Assembly (NCBI GenBank): GCA_038231435.1 | Contig: JBBRLJ010000065.1 | Coordinates: 1-20,978 of the forward strand | Source of the DNA: Planctomycetota bacterium | GTDB lineage: Bacteria > Planctomycetota > UBA11346 | Length of the DNA: 20,978 nt | Reading direction: 5' to 3' | In this document: piece by piece, positions 8,004 through 16,595 of the stretch | How positions within the stretch are numbered: position 1 is the stretch's first letter | Layout of the letters: every line of letters starts with the position of its first letter | Notes under the pieces: model-generated | Told to the model about the DNA's origin: nothing | The model's input: the letters and a program-made list of their open reading frames with translations, nothing else | The model's database searches: none | Translations under genes and position numbers: made by a program

Positions 8004-9299
8004 ATGCTGAGCTCGATCGCGAAGTCCGAAAAGATCGACTACTTCCTGGTCAGCTTCGTCGACCTTGCCGGCGTCATGCGTTCGAAGCTCGTCCCGGCCC
8101 GCGCCATCGACATCATCGCCGGTGAAGGCGCCGCCTTTGCCGGCTTTGCCACCCACCTCGACATGACGCCAGCTTTCCCGGACATCGTGGTGATGCCCGA
8201 CGAGTCGACCCTCACCATGCTGCCGTGGCGAATTGGGGTCGCCTGGTTGACCGGTGACCTGATGATGGATGGCAAACTCGTCGAGCACGCCCCGCGCGCG
8301 GTGCTCGGACGCCAGCTCGAGGCGGCCACGGCCGCTGGCCACGTGATGAAAACCGGCGTCGAGCCCGAGTTCTTCCTGCTCGCGGCCGATGGCTCGGGGC
8401 CCGCCGATCCGCTCGACGCGGCCGCGAAGCCCTGCTACGACCAGGCGGCGCTGATGCGGCGATTCGATCTCATCAAGGAGATCTGCGATGCCATGCAGTC
8501 GCTCGGCTGGCAGCCCTATCAGAACGATCACGAGGACGCCAACGGCCAGTTCGAGATGAACTGGAAGTACGCCGACGCGCTGGTCACCGCCGACCGCCAC
8601 GCATTCTTCAAGTTCATGGTCAGGTCGCTTGCCGAGAAGCACGGGTTGCGCGCGACCTTCATGCCCAAGCCGTTCTCGCACCTCACCGGCAATGGCTGCC
8701 ATTGCCATGTATCTCTGTGGGACAAGACAGGAAAAAAGAACCAGTTCGTCGACCAGAAGGGTGATCTCGGGCTGTCGCAGCTCGCCTACCATTTCCTGGG
8801 TGGCGTCCTCGACCACGCGCAGGCGTTGTGCGCGGTCACCAACCCCACTGTGAACAGCTACAAGCGCCTCAACGCGGCGCGCACCGACTCCGGTTCAACC
8901 TGGGCTCCGCGCACCGTGTCCTACGGCGGCAACAACCGCAGCCACATGGTGCGAATTCCCGCCGGCGACCGCTTCGAGTTCCGGCTCGGCGACGGGGCCG
9001 CGAACCCGTACCTACTCCAAGCCGGCCTGCTCGCCGCGGGGCTCGATGGCGTGCGCAAGAAGACCGCTCCCGGCAAGCGCATGGACATCAACATGTATGA
9101 GAGCCGCGATCTGGGTGGCGCCAAGCTGCTGCCTGGAAACCTGCTCGACGCGCTGCGCGCGTTCACCGCCGATCCGGTGCTGCGCGCTGCTCTCGGCGAG
9201 CGCTTCCACGAGACCTACCTTCGCCTGCGCATGGGGGATTGGAACGGTTCGATGGCCCAGGTCAGCGAGTGGGAACGGAAGCAGCTGCTGGACGTCTGA
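8004..9299 (+). CDS. glnT: GlnT-type (type III) glutamate-ammonia ligase / gamma-glutamylmethylamide synthetase (GmaS)-like
   Basis: YFLVSFVDLAGVMRSKLVP, FAGFATHLDMTP, GVEPEFFL, KPCYDQ, YQNDHEDANGQFEMNW, ATFMPKPF, TGNGCHCH, NSYKRL, NNRSHMVRIP, RFEFRLGDGAANPYL. These match the GlnT/GmaS subfamily rather than GlnA type I. Confidence 0.85.
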   Translation: MLSSIAKSEKIDYFLVSFVDLAGVMRSKLVPARAIDIIAGEGAAFAGFATHLDMTPAFPDIVVMPDESTLTMLPWRIGVAWLTGDLMMDGKLVEHAPRAVLGRQLEAATAAGHVMKTGVEPEFFLLAADGSGPADPLDAAAKPCYDQAALMRRFDLIKEICDAMQSLGWQPYQNDHEDANGQFEMNWKYADALVTADRHAFFKFMVRSLAEKHGLRATFMPKPFSHLTGNGCHCHVSLWDKTGKKNQFVDQKGDLGLSQLAYHFLGGVLDHAQALCAVTNPTVNSYKRLNAARTDSGSTWAPRTVSYGGNNRSHMVRIPAGDRFEFRLGDGAANPYLLQAGLLAAGLDGVRKKTAPGKRMDINMYESRDLGGAKLLPGNLLDALRAFTADPVLRAALGERFHETYLRLRMGDWNGSMAQVSEWERKQLLDV

Positions 9300-9350
9300 A
9301 CTCGCTGGTTGATTCCTGGCAGAACATGTGAACCAGGGAGTAGCGCTCGA

Positions 9351-10340
9351 TCACCTCGGCGGTTCCACCGCCGGAGTGTCGGTAAAATTCAACCGCCCCT
9401 GCTCAGTCACCAACGGTCGTTTGCGCACCTGGAAGTGGATGGCGCTGACGTATTCGCCGAGGATGCCGAAGAAAAACATCTGGATGCCCGAGAAGAAGAA
9501 AATCGCCACGATCAGAGTAGGGATGCCGGGAGGAGCCAGCGTGCCCAGGTTGATCAGATTGATGATCAGGGTCGCGATCGCGAAGGCGATGCTCAGTCCT
9601 GCCAGGATGAAGCCGAGGAGCATGCACATGCGCATGGGCAGGTTGGTGAACGAGATCAGGCCGTTCAGGCCCTGGTCGACGAGATGGAAGAGCCGGTTCT
9701 TCGAGAAGCCGCGCTTGCGCGCCTTCCAGGTGTAGGCGACGCCGGTGGTGCGGAACCCACAGCTGGCGATCATGCCGCGGATGTACGGATAGTGGTCGTC
9801 GAATTTCCGCAGCGCAGTGATCACGCAGCGGTCGACGAGTTGGAATTCGCCCACATCGGGCGGGATGTGGATGTCGGCGAAACGGCTCACCGCTCGGTAG
9901 TACGCCTTGCGCACGATGCGCATCATCAACCCTTCTTCGCGGTTGGCACGGATGCCATAGATCACCTGATGGCCTTCCTCCCACTTACGGACGAAGTCGA
10001 CGATCACTTCCGGGGGGTCCTGCAAGTCGGCGGCGAGTAATACGACCACCGCGTCGCCGCTGGTGGCGAGCACGCCATTGAACGTGGATCGGAAGGGGCC
10101 GAAGTTGCGCGCGTTGAAGATCACCTTCACTCGCGGGTCCTCGAGCGCCATGCGACGCAGCGCTTCCGGCGTCCCGTCTCGAGAGGCGTTGTCGCAGAAG
10201 ATGTGTTCGAGGTCATAGCCCGGCAGGCTGTCGGCGAAGATCTTCGACACCACCCGATGGCATTCCTCGACGTTGTCCTCCTCGTTGTAGCAGGGAGTGA
10301 CGATGCTGATGAGCTTGCGTCGCTCTGGTTGATCGGTCAT
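9351..10340 (-). CDS. GT2 polyprenol-phosphate glycosyltransferase (GtrB-like), copy 2
   Basis: Same motifs as copy 1. ATG at 10340 overlaps the GtrA-like stop (ATGA). The ORF-track extension to 10805 is spurious. Confidence 0.9.
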   Translation of the reverse strand: MTDQPERRKLISIVTPCYNEEDNVEECHRVVSKIFADSLPGYDLEHIFCDNASRDGTPEALRRMALEDPRVKVIFNARNFGPFRSTFNGVLATSGDAVVVLLAADLQDPPEVIVDFVRKWEEGHQVIYGIRANREEGLMMRIVRKAYYRAVSRFADIHIPPDVGEFQLVDRCVITALRKFDDHYPYIRGMIASCGFRTTGVAYTWKARKRGFSKNRLFHLVDQGLNGLISFTNLPMRMCMLLGFILAGLSIAFAIATLIINLINLGTLAPPGIPTLIVAIFFFSGIQMFFFGILGEYVSAIHFQVRKRPLVTEQGRLNFTDTPAVEPPR

Positions 10341-10738
10341 GTCGCGGCCTTGTCCGGAAATACGAAGGCGCGCAGCGCGCCCCAAGTTGCGATAACCACG
10401 ATCGGCAGGCACAGCAGCTGCGCCAGCAACGGATCGGCGATCCAGGCACCGCGCACGATCCTGAGCAGTCCCAGGTTCAGCAGGTATGACCCCGTGTACA
10501 CCAGTAGAAAACGCGCGAGGGCCCCGTATCCCCGCGCGCGGAATACCAGCGTGCGGGCGATGGCGAAGTTGAATGCCACGCCTACGCAGGTCGCGAGGAG
10601 CAAGGCGGCGGATGCCGGCGAGCCCGCGAGGATCAGTAGCGCATAGATACCGTAGCCGATGGCGGTATTCAGCGCGCCGACTACGAGGAAGCGCACGAAC
10701 GGGCGTTCCCAAGCAACGGACGCGATCATCCGCATCAT
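10337..10738 (-). CDS. GtrA-like polyprenol-phosphate sugar translocase
   Basis: ~130 aa, about 4 TM segments, 'FVRFLVVGALNTAIGYGIY', 'FNF...RTLVFR', C-terminal 'RAFVF'. Coupled to the GT2 gene. Start uncertain (10729-10756). Confidence 0.88.
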   Translation of the reverse strand: MMRMIASVAWERPFVRFLVVGALNTAIGYGIYALLILAGSPASAALLLATCVGVAFNFAIARTLVFRARGYGALARFLLVYTGSYLLNLGLLRIVRGAWIADPLLAQLLCLPIVVIATWGALRAFVFPDKAAT

Positions 10739-10881
10739 GCTCGCGATACCGGACAACGAGCCATACGGAAACGGTCACATGGTGGCATACCGGTTCCAAC
10801 AGCATTGGCCCATCCTCAGGACGTGCAAACGCAGAAGCTCCAGAATGGGATCAGGGATCGCTCCGTCCGTCCTGGACAGGG

Positions 10882-12714
10882 TCACTCCACGGTCACCGAT
10901 TTGGCCAGATTGCGCGGCTGGTCGACGTCGCAGTCGCGGCGGCGCGCCACGTGGTAGGCGTAGCGTTGCAACGGCAGGATCGAGAGGATCGGCTGCAGCA
11001 GGTCGTCCTTGGCCAGGGCGACCGGGAAGAGGTGGTCGCTGAGGTCGAGCAGGGCGCGATCGCCGTCCTGGCCGACGGTGATGATGCGGCCGGAGCGGGC
11101 GCGCACCTCCTGCAGGTTTGAGAGCATCTTCTCGTACATCGAGTCGCGCGGGCAGATGCACACCACCGGCAGCTGGCGGGTGACCAGGGCGATCGGGCCA
11201 TGCTTGAACTCGCCAGCGGGGTAGCCGATGGCGTGGACGTAGGCGATCTCCTTGAGCTTGAGCGCGCCCTCGAGCGCGGTCGGGTGCTCGCCGCCGCGAC
11301 CGAGGAATACGGTGGCGTCGGCCGAGGTGAACAGGTCCGCTGCCTCGGCGACCGCGTCCTCGCACAGCGGCAGGGTGGCGGCGGCCTGCTCTACCACCAG
11401 CCTGGCTGAGGACAGCGCGGTCTCCTCGGCTTCCTGGGTGAGCAGGCCCTTGGCGCGGGCCACTTGCAGCGCGAAGAGGTAGAGCGCCATGATCTGCGCG
11501 GTATAGGCCTTGGTGCTGGCGACGCCGATCTCGGGGCCAGCCATCAGCGGCATCACGCCGTTGGATTCGCGGGCGATGGTCGAGGTGACGACGTTCACCA
11601 GGCCCACCACCGGGATGAACTTGGCGCGCGCCAGGCGCAGGCCGGCGAGGGTGTCGGCGGTCTCGCCGGACTGGCTGATCGCCACCACCAGGGTGTCGCC
11701 CGAGGCGATGGGGTTGCGGTAGCGGTATTCGCTCGAGATGTCGACCTCGACATGGACGCGCGCCAGCTGCTCGAGGAAGCGCTTGCCGAGCAGCGCCGCG
11801 TGCCAGCTGGTGCCGCAGGCGAGGAAGACGATGTGGTTGACCCCGGCGAGATCGAGGCCGAGGTCGGGCTCGACCAGGTGACCGGCGCGCAGGCGGCTGT
11901 CGAGCAGGCGTGCGAGCACCGACGGCTGCTCGGCGATCTCCTTCGCCATGAAGCTGTCGTAGTCGCCCTTGCTGACTGCATCGGCGGTGATCTCGATGGT
12001 CTTGAACGTCTCGGGCACGGCGGCACCGGCGAAGGTGGAGATGGTCACCCGGTCGCCGTCGAGATCCGCGTAATGGCCGTCCTCGAGGAACATCACCTCG
12101 GTGGCATGCGGCAGCAGCGCCGGCACGTCGGAGGCGACCAGCAGCTCCTTCTTGCCGCGTCCCACCAGCAGGGGAGAGCCCTGGCGGGCGGCGAGGATGC
12201 GGTCGGGCTGGTCGCTGAACACCGCGGCGAACGCGAACTGCCCATGCAGGCGCTTGACCGCCTCGCGCACCGCCGCGGCCGGGTCGCCCTTGCAGGTGGT
12301 GGCGTAGAGTGTCGCGACCAGCTGCGGGATGACCTCGGTGTCGGTCTCGCTGACGAAGATGCAGCCGCGCTCCTGGAGCTCGCGGCGCAGCGTCTCATGG
12401 TTCTCGATGATGCCGTTGTGCACCACCGCCACCTTGCCGTCGGTGCTGGTGTGCGGATGGCAGTTGATCTCGGTGGGCGCACCGTGGGTGGCCCAGCGGG
12501 TGTGGGCGATGCCGCAATGTCCCTCGACGGGGTACGCCTCGATCTTGTCCGACAGCGCCTTGAGCTTGCCCGCGGCCTTGCGCAGATGGATGTCCCCGCC
12601 ATTGAGGATCGCCATGCCCGCCGAATCGTAGCCCCGGTACTTGAGCCGCTCGAGCGCGACGATCAGCACCTGATCCGCGACTTTATGACCGATATACCCG
12701 GCTATTCCGCACAT
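10882..12714 (-). CDS. glmS: Glutamine--fructose-6-phosphate aminotransferase (isomerizing)
   Basis: MCGIAGY, YRGYDSAG, HTRWATHG, HNGIIEN, ETDTEV, ISQSGETADT, GVASTKAY, EGALKLKEI, KHGPIAL, PRNLAKSVTVE. Confidence 0.97.
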   Translation of the reverse strand: MCGIAGYIGHKVADQVLIVALERLKYRGYDSAGMAILNGGDIHLRKAAGKLKALSDKIEAYPVEGHCGIAHTRWATHGAPTEINCHPHTSTDGKVAVVHNGIIENHETLRRELQERGCIFVSETDTEVIPQLVATLYATTCKGDPAAAVREAVKRLHGQFAFAAVFSDQPDRILAARQGSPLLVGRGKKELLVASDVPALLPHATEVMFLEDGHYADLDGDRVTISTFAGAAVPETFKTIEITADAVSKGDYDSFMAKEIAEQPSVLARLLDSRLRAGHLVEPDLGLDLAGVNHIVFLACGTSWHAALLGKRFLEQLARVHVEVDISSEYRYRNPIASGDTLVVAISQSGETADTLAGLRLARAKFIPVVGLVNVVTSTIARESNGVMPLMAGPEIGVASTKAYTAQIMALYLFALQVARAKGLLTQEAEETALSSARLVVEQAAATLPLCEDAVAEAADLFTSADATVFLGRGGEHPTALEGALKLKEIAYVHAIGYPAGEFKHGPIALVTRQLPVVCICPRDSMYEKMLSNLQEVRARSGRIITVGQDGDRALLDLSDHLFPVALAKDDLLQPILSILPLQRYAYHVARRRDCDVDQPRNLAKSVTVE

Positions 12715-12736
12715 AGTGCTGCGACGTTATGCCTGA

Positions 12737-12812
12737 GGGAATGACGGGAAATGGGTAATCGGGGAATGTGTGGTGTAGGGTGTATGGTTTTCTGCCACCA
12801 CGCACCAAGCAC
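12737..12812. repeat. Degenerate 7-8 nt tandem repeats forming an imperfect inverted repeat
   Basis: GGGAATG/GGGAAATG/GGGTAATC/GGGAATG run, then GGTGTAG GGTGTAT GGT facing ACCACGC ACCAAGC AC. Confidence 0.45.
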
Positions 12813-12842
12813 GGCCCAGCAAACACGCGGCGCTGCGCGCCG

Positions 12843-15800
12843 CTAGAACTCCTGCCCCAGTTGTCGCCTCACCAGCTCGCGTTGCGCTCCAGCCGCGATC
12901 ACTTTCAACAGCTCGTCTCCACCCGGCAGATCCATGCCGGCGAGGCGCTCGCACACCTGGGCCATGCGGTTCTCGGCCTGCAGGTAGGTGGACAGGGTGT
13001 CCCACAGTCGGTTCTCGGTCAGGTAGGTCTTGCACCAGGTGAGGCCTTCCTTGTAGACCATGCGGCTGGCGAGGCGCTTGGAGAGGATGGCGACGCGATG
13101 CGGGCGCGGGATGCGCGTCTCGATGCGCTCCCGCCAGCGCTCGACCAGGAGCGGCGGGCAGTGCGCCTGGAGATGCCGCGTCCAGGTCTCGGCCATGTCC
13201 GGGTCGGCGAGATGCGCGTCGATGGCCGGCTCGAGCAGGCCGCTGACGCGGTTGATCTCCTCGCTCAGCTGCTGCGACAGATCGCTCAAGCGCGCCGCAT
13301 GCCCGCGGCGCTTCCAGGCGGCGATCAGGGCCTGGGCCTCGGCGCGCGCGCGTTCGCGGATGATCTCGAGCACCTCGGCGACGTAGCGTTCCTTGACCGC
13401 GATGAACTCATCGTCGCTGAGCACCAGGCCGGCGAGCACCTCGTAGCTCGAGCAGATCACCCCGCCCTTGTTGGCGGACGAGTCCTTGATGTCGATCAAG
13501 CCTGCGTCCTCGAGATGGCGCCGCGCCGCCGGGGTCAGGAAGATGTTCGCGCCCTCGACCATCGCGCGCGCGGTCGGCTTCCCATCAGCGCCAAGGAATT
13601 GCTTCCAGTTCTCGTCGTTGATGGTGTAGGGACGTCCTCCGCACGGCACGAACAGGTCGGCTGGAACGGTGTTGTGCAGCGAATTGCGCAGGTCCTCGCC
13701 TGCCTTGTCGGTCGCGGCGGTGACCTTGCCCTCGCGCGACAGGCGCGCGGCGTTGAAGCGCGCGATGCCCTGGCTCTCGCGCACCAGGCGCAGCAGCTCC
13801 TTCCAGTCGAGGCCCTTGGGATCAGTCGCGCTGCCGGTGCCGTCGGCGATCGCAACCACCTTGGCGCGCGAGCCGTGCTCGCGCTCGAGCACCTTGATCA
13901 GGTTGCCGCCGACGTCGCCGTCGGGGCCGCCGGTGATCTTGACCGTATACGGCTTCCCTTCGGGGATGCCGACCAGCGGCAGCACCAGGCTGATCCAGCG
14001 GAAAATGCCCTCGGAGGTGACGCCGAATTCCTTGTGGTTGATCCCCGAACCGGGCTTGGACGACATCAGCGTGGCGTGGTGCGGCAGGCCGCGCGATTTT
14101 GCGCGCGCCGCCACCCACGAGATGCGTTCCGGCGTCATGTTCTCGTCGGGACCGAGGAAGATCAGGTCCGCTTCGCGTTTCTCGCCGTGCGCGCCGACCA
14201 CATCGGGCACCGACTCGGGCGGCAGGATGAGGTCGAGCAGCGAATCGACCAGCTGCCTGACCGCGCCGTCGGCGTTGCCGCCGGGCTCGACCAGGGCGAT
14301 GCACTTGCTGCCGCCCTCGGGTATGTCCTTGTTCTTCAGCTGCTGGGCCCAAGCGAGGTCGTAGACCTCCTTGAGCACTCCATCTCGCGCGCGCTCGTAC
14401 TGGCCGGGATTGCGTGGGATCAGCACGCGCAGCCCGCCACGCGCCGAGGCGCGGAAGCGGATGTGGAAGCCGCGCGCCTGCGGACCATGGAAGTAGAACA
14501 TCCCGTACGGGCGATGGGTGAAGCGCGCCGCAGGCAGCACCTCGGGATCGAGCTTGAACGCGAGTCCGAGACGTTCGGGGCGGAAGGCGTTGGTCAGGCG
14601 CATCGCCCCGACGAACGCGAGCATGCCCTCGAGCACCGCGGCATGGCTGCGCGGCTCGATCGCATGGGCCTTGGCCAGCGCCGCTTGCTGGCGTTTCTCC
14701 CACGTGGCGCTTCCGGGTCGCGCGCCCGGATGGAAGCGCGCCGAGATCAGATCGCACAGCTCGCGGCAAAGATCGCCCTGCGACGCGACCACCTCCTCGC
14801 CGACCTCGGTGACATCGAGGTACGGATAGTCGTGGGCGAGCAGGTAGGTCGAGAAGCCGATCGCGGCGCGCAGGAGCGCCAGCTGATCGAGGCCATAGCT
14901 GCCATCGAGGTAGCGCGCCGCCAGGCCATCCTGGTATTGCCGGCGCACCTGGCGCAGATCGTCTTCGACCAGGCCGATGAGCTTGTCGCCGAGCGTCTTG
15001 CCCGCGGCGGTGGTGACGTAGATGGTGGCGATGATCGCCTTGGCGCCGCCCGCGACCGCCGGCACGTAGTCGAGGTAGCCCCGTGCGAGCGTCAGTCCGT
15101 GCCGACGCATCACGCGCGCGGCATGGCCGAGGAGCTCCCAGGGCGTGACGCCGGCGGTGGCCACGAGGATGCGGGTGGCGTGGTCGTCGCCGTGGTCGTG
15201 GGCGAGGTGGATGTCCTCTTCGGAGGCGAGCGAACTCCAGGCGCGGATGTGGCGGACCACGCGTTCGACGTTCGAGCGCGCGAGGTAGCCCGGATCGACC
15301 GCGTCGAGGAACCGCCCGGCGACGGTCGAGCAGCCGTCATCGCCAGCGCACGCCGCTTCCAGGATCTTGGCGCGATGGGCGGCCAGATTCGGAGTGGCGG
15401 GCAGCTGATCCTTACCGTAGCAGAACGCGTAGAGGAATAAGCCGCGATCGCGGCTGGTGTGCAGCTCGACGCGGTGGATCAGGCGTTCGGAGAAGCCCTT
15501 GGTGTCCGCTCCCCGGGTCTCGACCAGCGCCATCACGTCGAGCAGCGAATGCAGGTCGGGTTTGCCGAACACCAGCAGCTTACCGCTCGAGCTGTCGTCG
15601 ATCACGCTCAAGCGCGGTTCGTCCGCGCGCCTGACCATATGGATCATCTCGAGATGGAGGGCCTGCTCGCCGGGGCTGGTGACCTGGAAGTAGGTCTGTG
15701 GCATCTGCGCGTAGAACCATCGCACCGTGGTCTCGAGGTCGCCCAGGATGTGCTCCTGGATGCGCGCGAGCATGGCGGCCGCCTGCGGCCCGGCGGCAAC

Positions 15801-15845
15801 GCTTCTGGCGGACGATCCCGAAGACTGCCCACTGCGTGAAGCCAT
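12843..15845 (-). CDS. Large (~1000 aa) NAD-specific glutamate dehydrogenase
   Basis: GFHIRFRASARGGLR, KNKDIPEGGSK, FLGPDEN, SSKPGSGINHKEFGVTSEG, GGPDGDVG, PCGGRP, VEGANIF, KDSSANKGGVICSSYEV. ATG 15845 follows a GGGGG RBS; ORF open from 15902. Confidence 0.9.
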   Translation of the reverse strand: MASRSGQSSGSSARSVAAGPQAAAMLARIQEHILGDLETTVRWFYAQMPQTYFQVTSPGEQALHLEMIHMVRRADEPRLSVIDDSSSGKLLVFGKPDLHSLLDVMALVETRGADTKGFSERLIHRVELHTSRDRGLFLYAFCYGKDQLPATPNLAAHRAKILEAACAGDDGCSTVAGRFLDAVDPGYLARSNVERVVRHIRAWSSLASEEDIHLAHDHGDDHATRILVATAGVTPWELLGHAARVMRRHGLTLARGYLDYVPAVAGGAKAIIATIYVTTAAGKTLGDKLIGLVEDDLRQVRRQYQDGLAARYLDGSYGLDQLALLRAAIGFSTYLLAHDYPYLDVTEVGEEVVASQGDLCRELCDLISARFHPGARPGSATWEKRQQAALAKAHAIEPRSHAAVLEGMLAFVGAMRLTNAFRPERLGLAFKLDPEVLPAARFTHRPYGMFYFHGPQARGFHIRFRASARGGLRVLIPRNPGQYERARDGVLKEVYDLAWAQQLKNKDIPEGGSKCIALVEPGGNADGAVRQLVDSLLDLILPPESVPDVVGAHGEKREADLIFLGPDENMTPERISWVAARAKSRGLPHHATLMSSKPGSGINHKEFGVTSEGIFRWISLVLPLVGIPEGKPYTVKITGGPDGDVGGNLIKVLEREHGSRAKVVAIADGTGSATDPKGLDWKELLRLVRESQGIARFNAARLSREGKVTAATDKAGEDLRNSLHNTVPADLFVPCGGRPYTINDENWKQFLGADGKPTARAMVEGANIFLTPAARRHLEDAGLIDIKDSSANKGGVICSSYEVLAGLVLSDDEFIAVKERYVAEVLEIIRERARAEAQALIAAWKRRGHAARLSDLSQQLSEEINRVSGLLEPAIDAHLADPDMAETWTRHLQAHCPPLLVERWRERIETRIPRPHRVAILSKRLASRMVYKEGLTWCKTYLTENRLWDTLSTYLQAENRMAQVCERLAGMDLPGGDELLKVIAAGAQRELVRRQLGQEF

Positions 15846-15983
15846 CTGAACCCCCATACAAGTATACACCGCCGCCAGGGTTGCGACAGATGCCATGCGC
15901 ACTCGCCTCGACGCTCAAAGCCCGGCCTGCTGGCCCCGTGGACATGGACTGGAGCTGGCCGCGGACTACGATCGGAGACCCTC

Positions 15984-16595
15984 ATGGATCCGCTCGTGGT
16001 CTTCTCTGCGTGCGGCTCGGTCATCGGCGCGCTGCTGGTGTTCTCCTGCCTGGTGCTGTTCGGCGTGTGGATCGTGCGCGTGCTCGCGCTGCCGCAGGAT
16101 CTGCCGCTGCCGCTGCGCTTCGAGCCCGCGCCACCACCTGTGCGTCCGCGCGGGGATCGCGCCGAGGCGGCCGTGACCGCCGCTAGGCAGTCGCGGCTGC
16201 GCGCGGTGCAGGCCCAGGCGCTGATGGCGACGCAGTTCGCGCACGCCTGCCAAGATTTGCTGACCCAAGCCGAGAGCCTCGCCCCCGGAGCTGTCTCCGC
16301 GGAACCGCTCGCGACCCTGCGCACCGCCGAGTCCGTCGCGCGCGTCGCGGCCGAGAACGCGGAGCGCGGGCGCGCCGGCGATCTCGAGGCCGGCGAGGCC
16401 GACGCTCCGGGATGGGTCGCCAGCGCGCGCGAGGCGTATGAGCGGGCCGCTACCGCGGCGGCGTCGCTGCCGCAGGAGTCATCGCGCCGCAAGTGGCTGC
16501 TGCTGGCGATCGCGGTGCTGGCGATCGCCTGGCTGGCGGCCATCATCCTGTACGGACACCTGCATGCCCCTGGCGCTGGAAGCTCAGCTTATTGA
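15984..16595 (+). CDS. Hypothetical membrane protein (N- and C-terminal TM helices, Ala-rich helical middle)
   Basis: GGAG RBS before ATG, strong GC3 codon bias, two hydrophobic stretches. 3' end overlaps the radC start. Confidence 0.7.
   Translation: MDPLVVFSACGSVIGALLVFSCLVLFGVWIVRVLALPQDLPLPLRFEPAPPPVRPRGDRAEAAVTAARQSRLRAVQAQALMATQFAHACQDLLTQAESLAPGAVSAEPLATLRTAESVARVAAENAERGRAGDLEAGEADAPGWVASAREAYERAATAAASLPQESSRRKWLLLAIAVLAIAWLAAIILYGHLHAPGAGSSAY

Noticed and set aside
9351..10805. 484-aa extended GT2
   Set aside because: The extension overlaps gtrA in another frame. Homology with copy 1 starts at 10340.
10757..10920. Island begins at the glmS 3' end (attTn7), suggesting Tn7 delivery
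   Set aside because: No TGT-initiated end ~25 bp past the stop, no repeated TnsB-like sites, and no tns genes in the window.
12715..12842. glmS ribozyme
   Set aside because: Only a short AGCGCC match; the other core elements are not seen and the gap is small.
12768..15440. 890-aa plus-strand ORF antisense to the GDH gene
   Set aside because: Shadow ORF from GC-rich codon bias. It has no recognisable motifs, while the minus strand carries clear GDH motifs.
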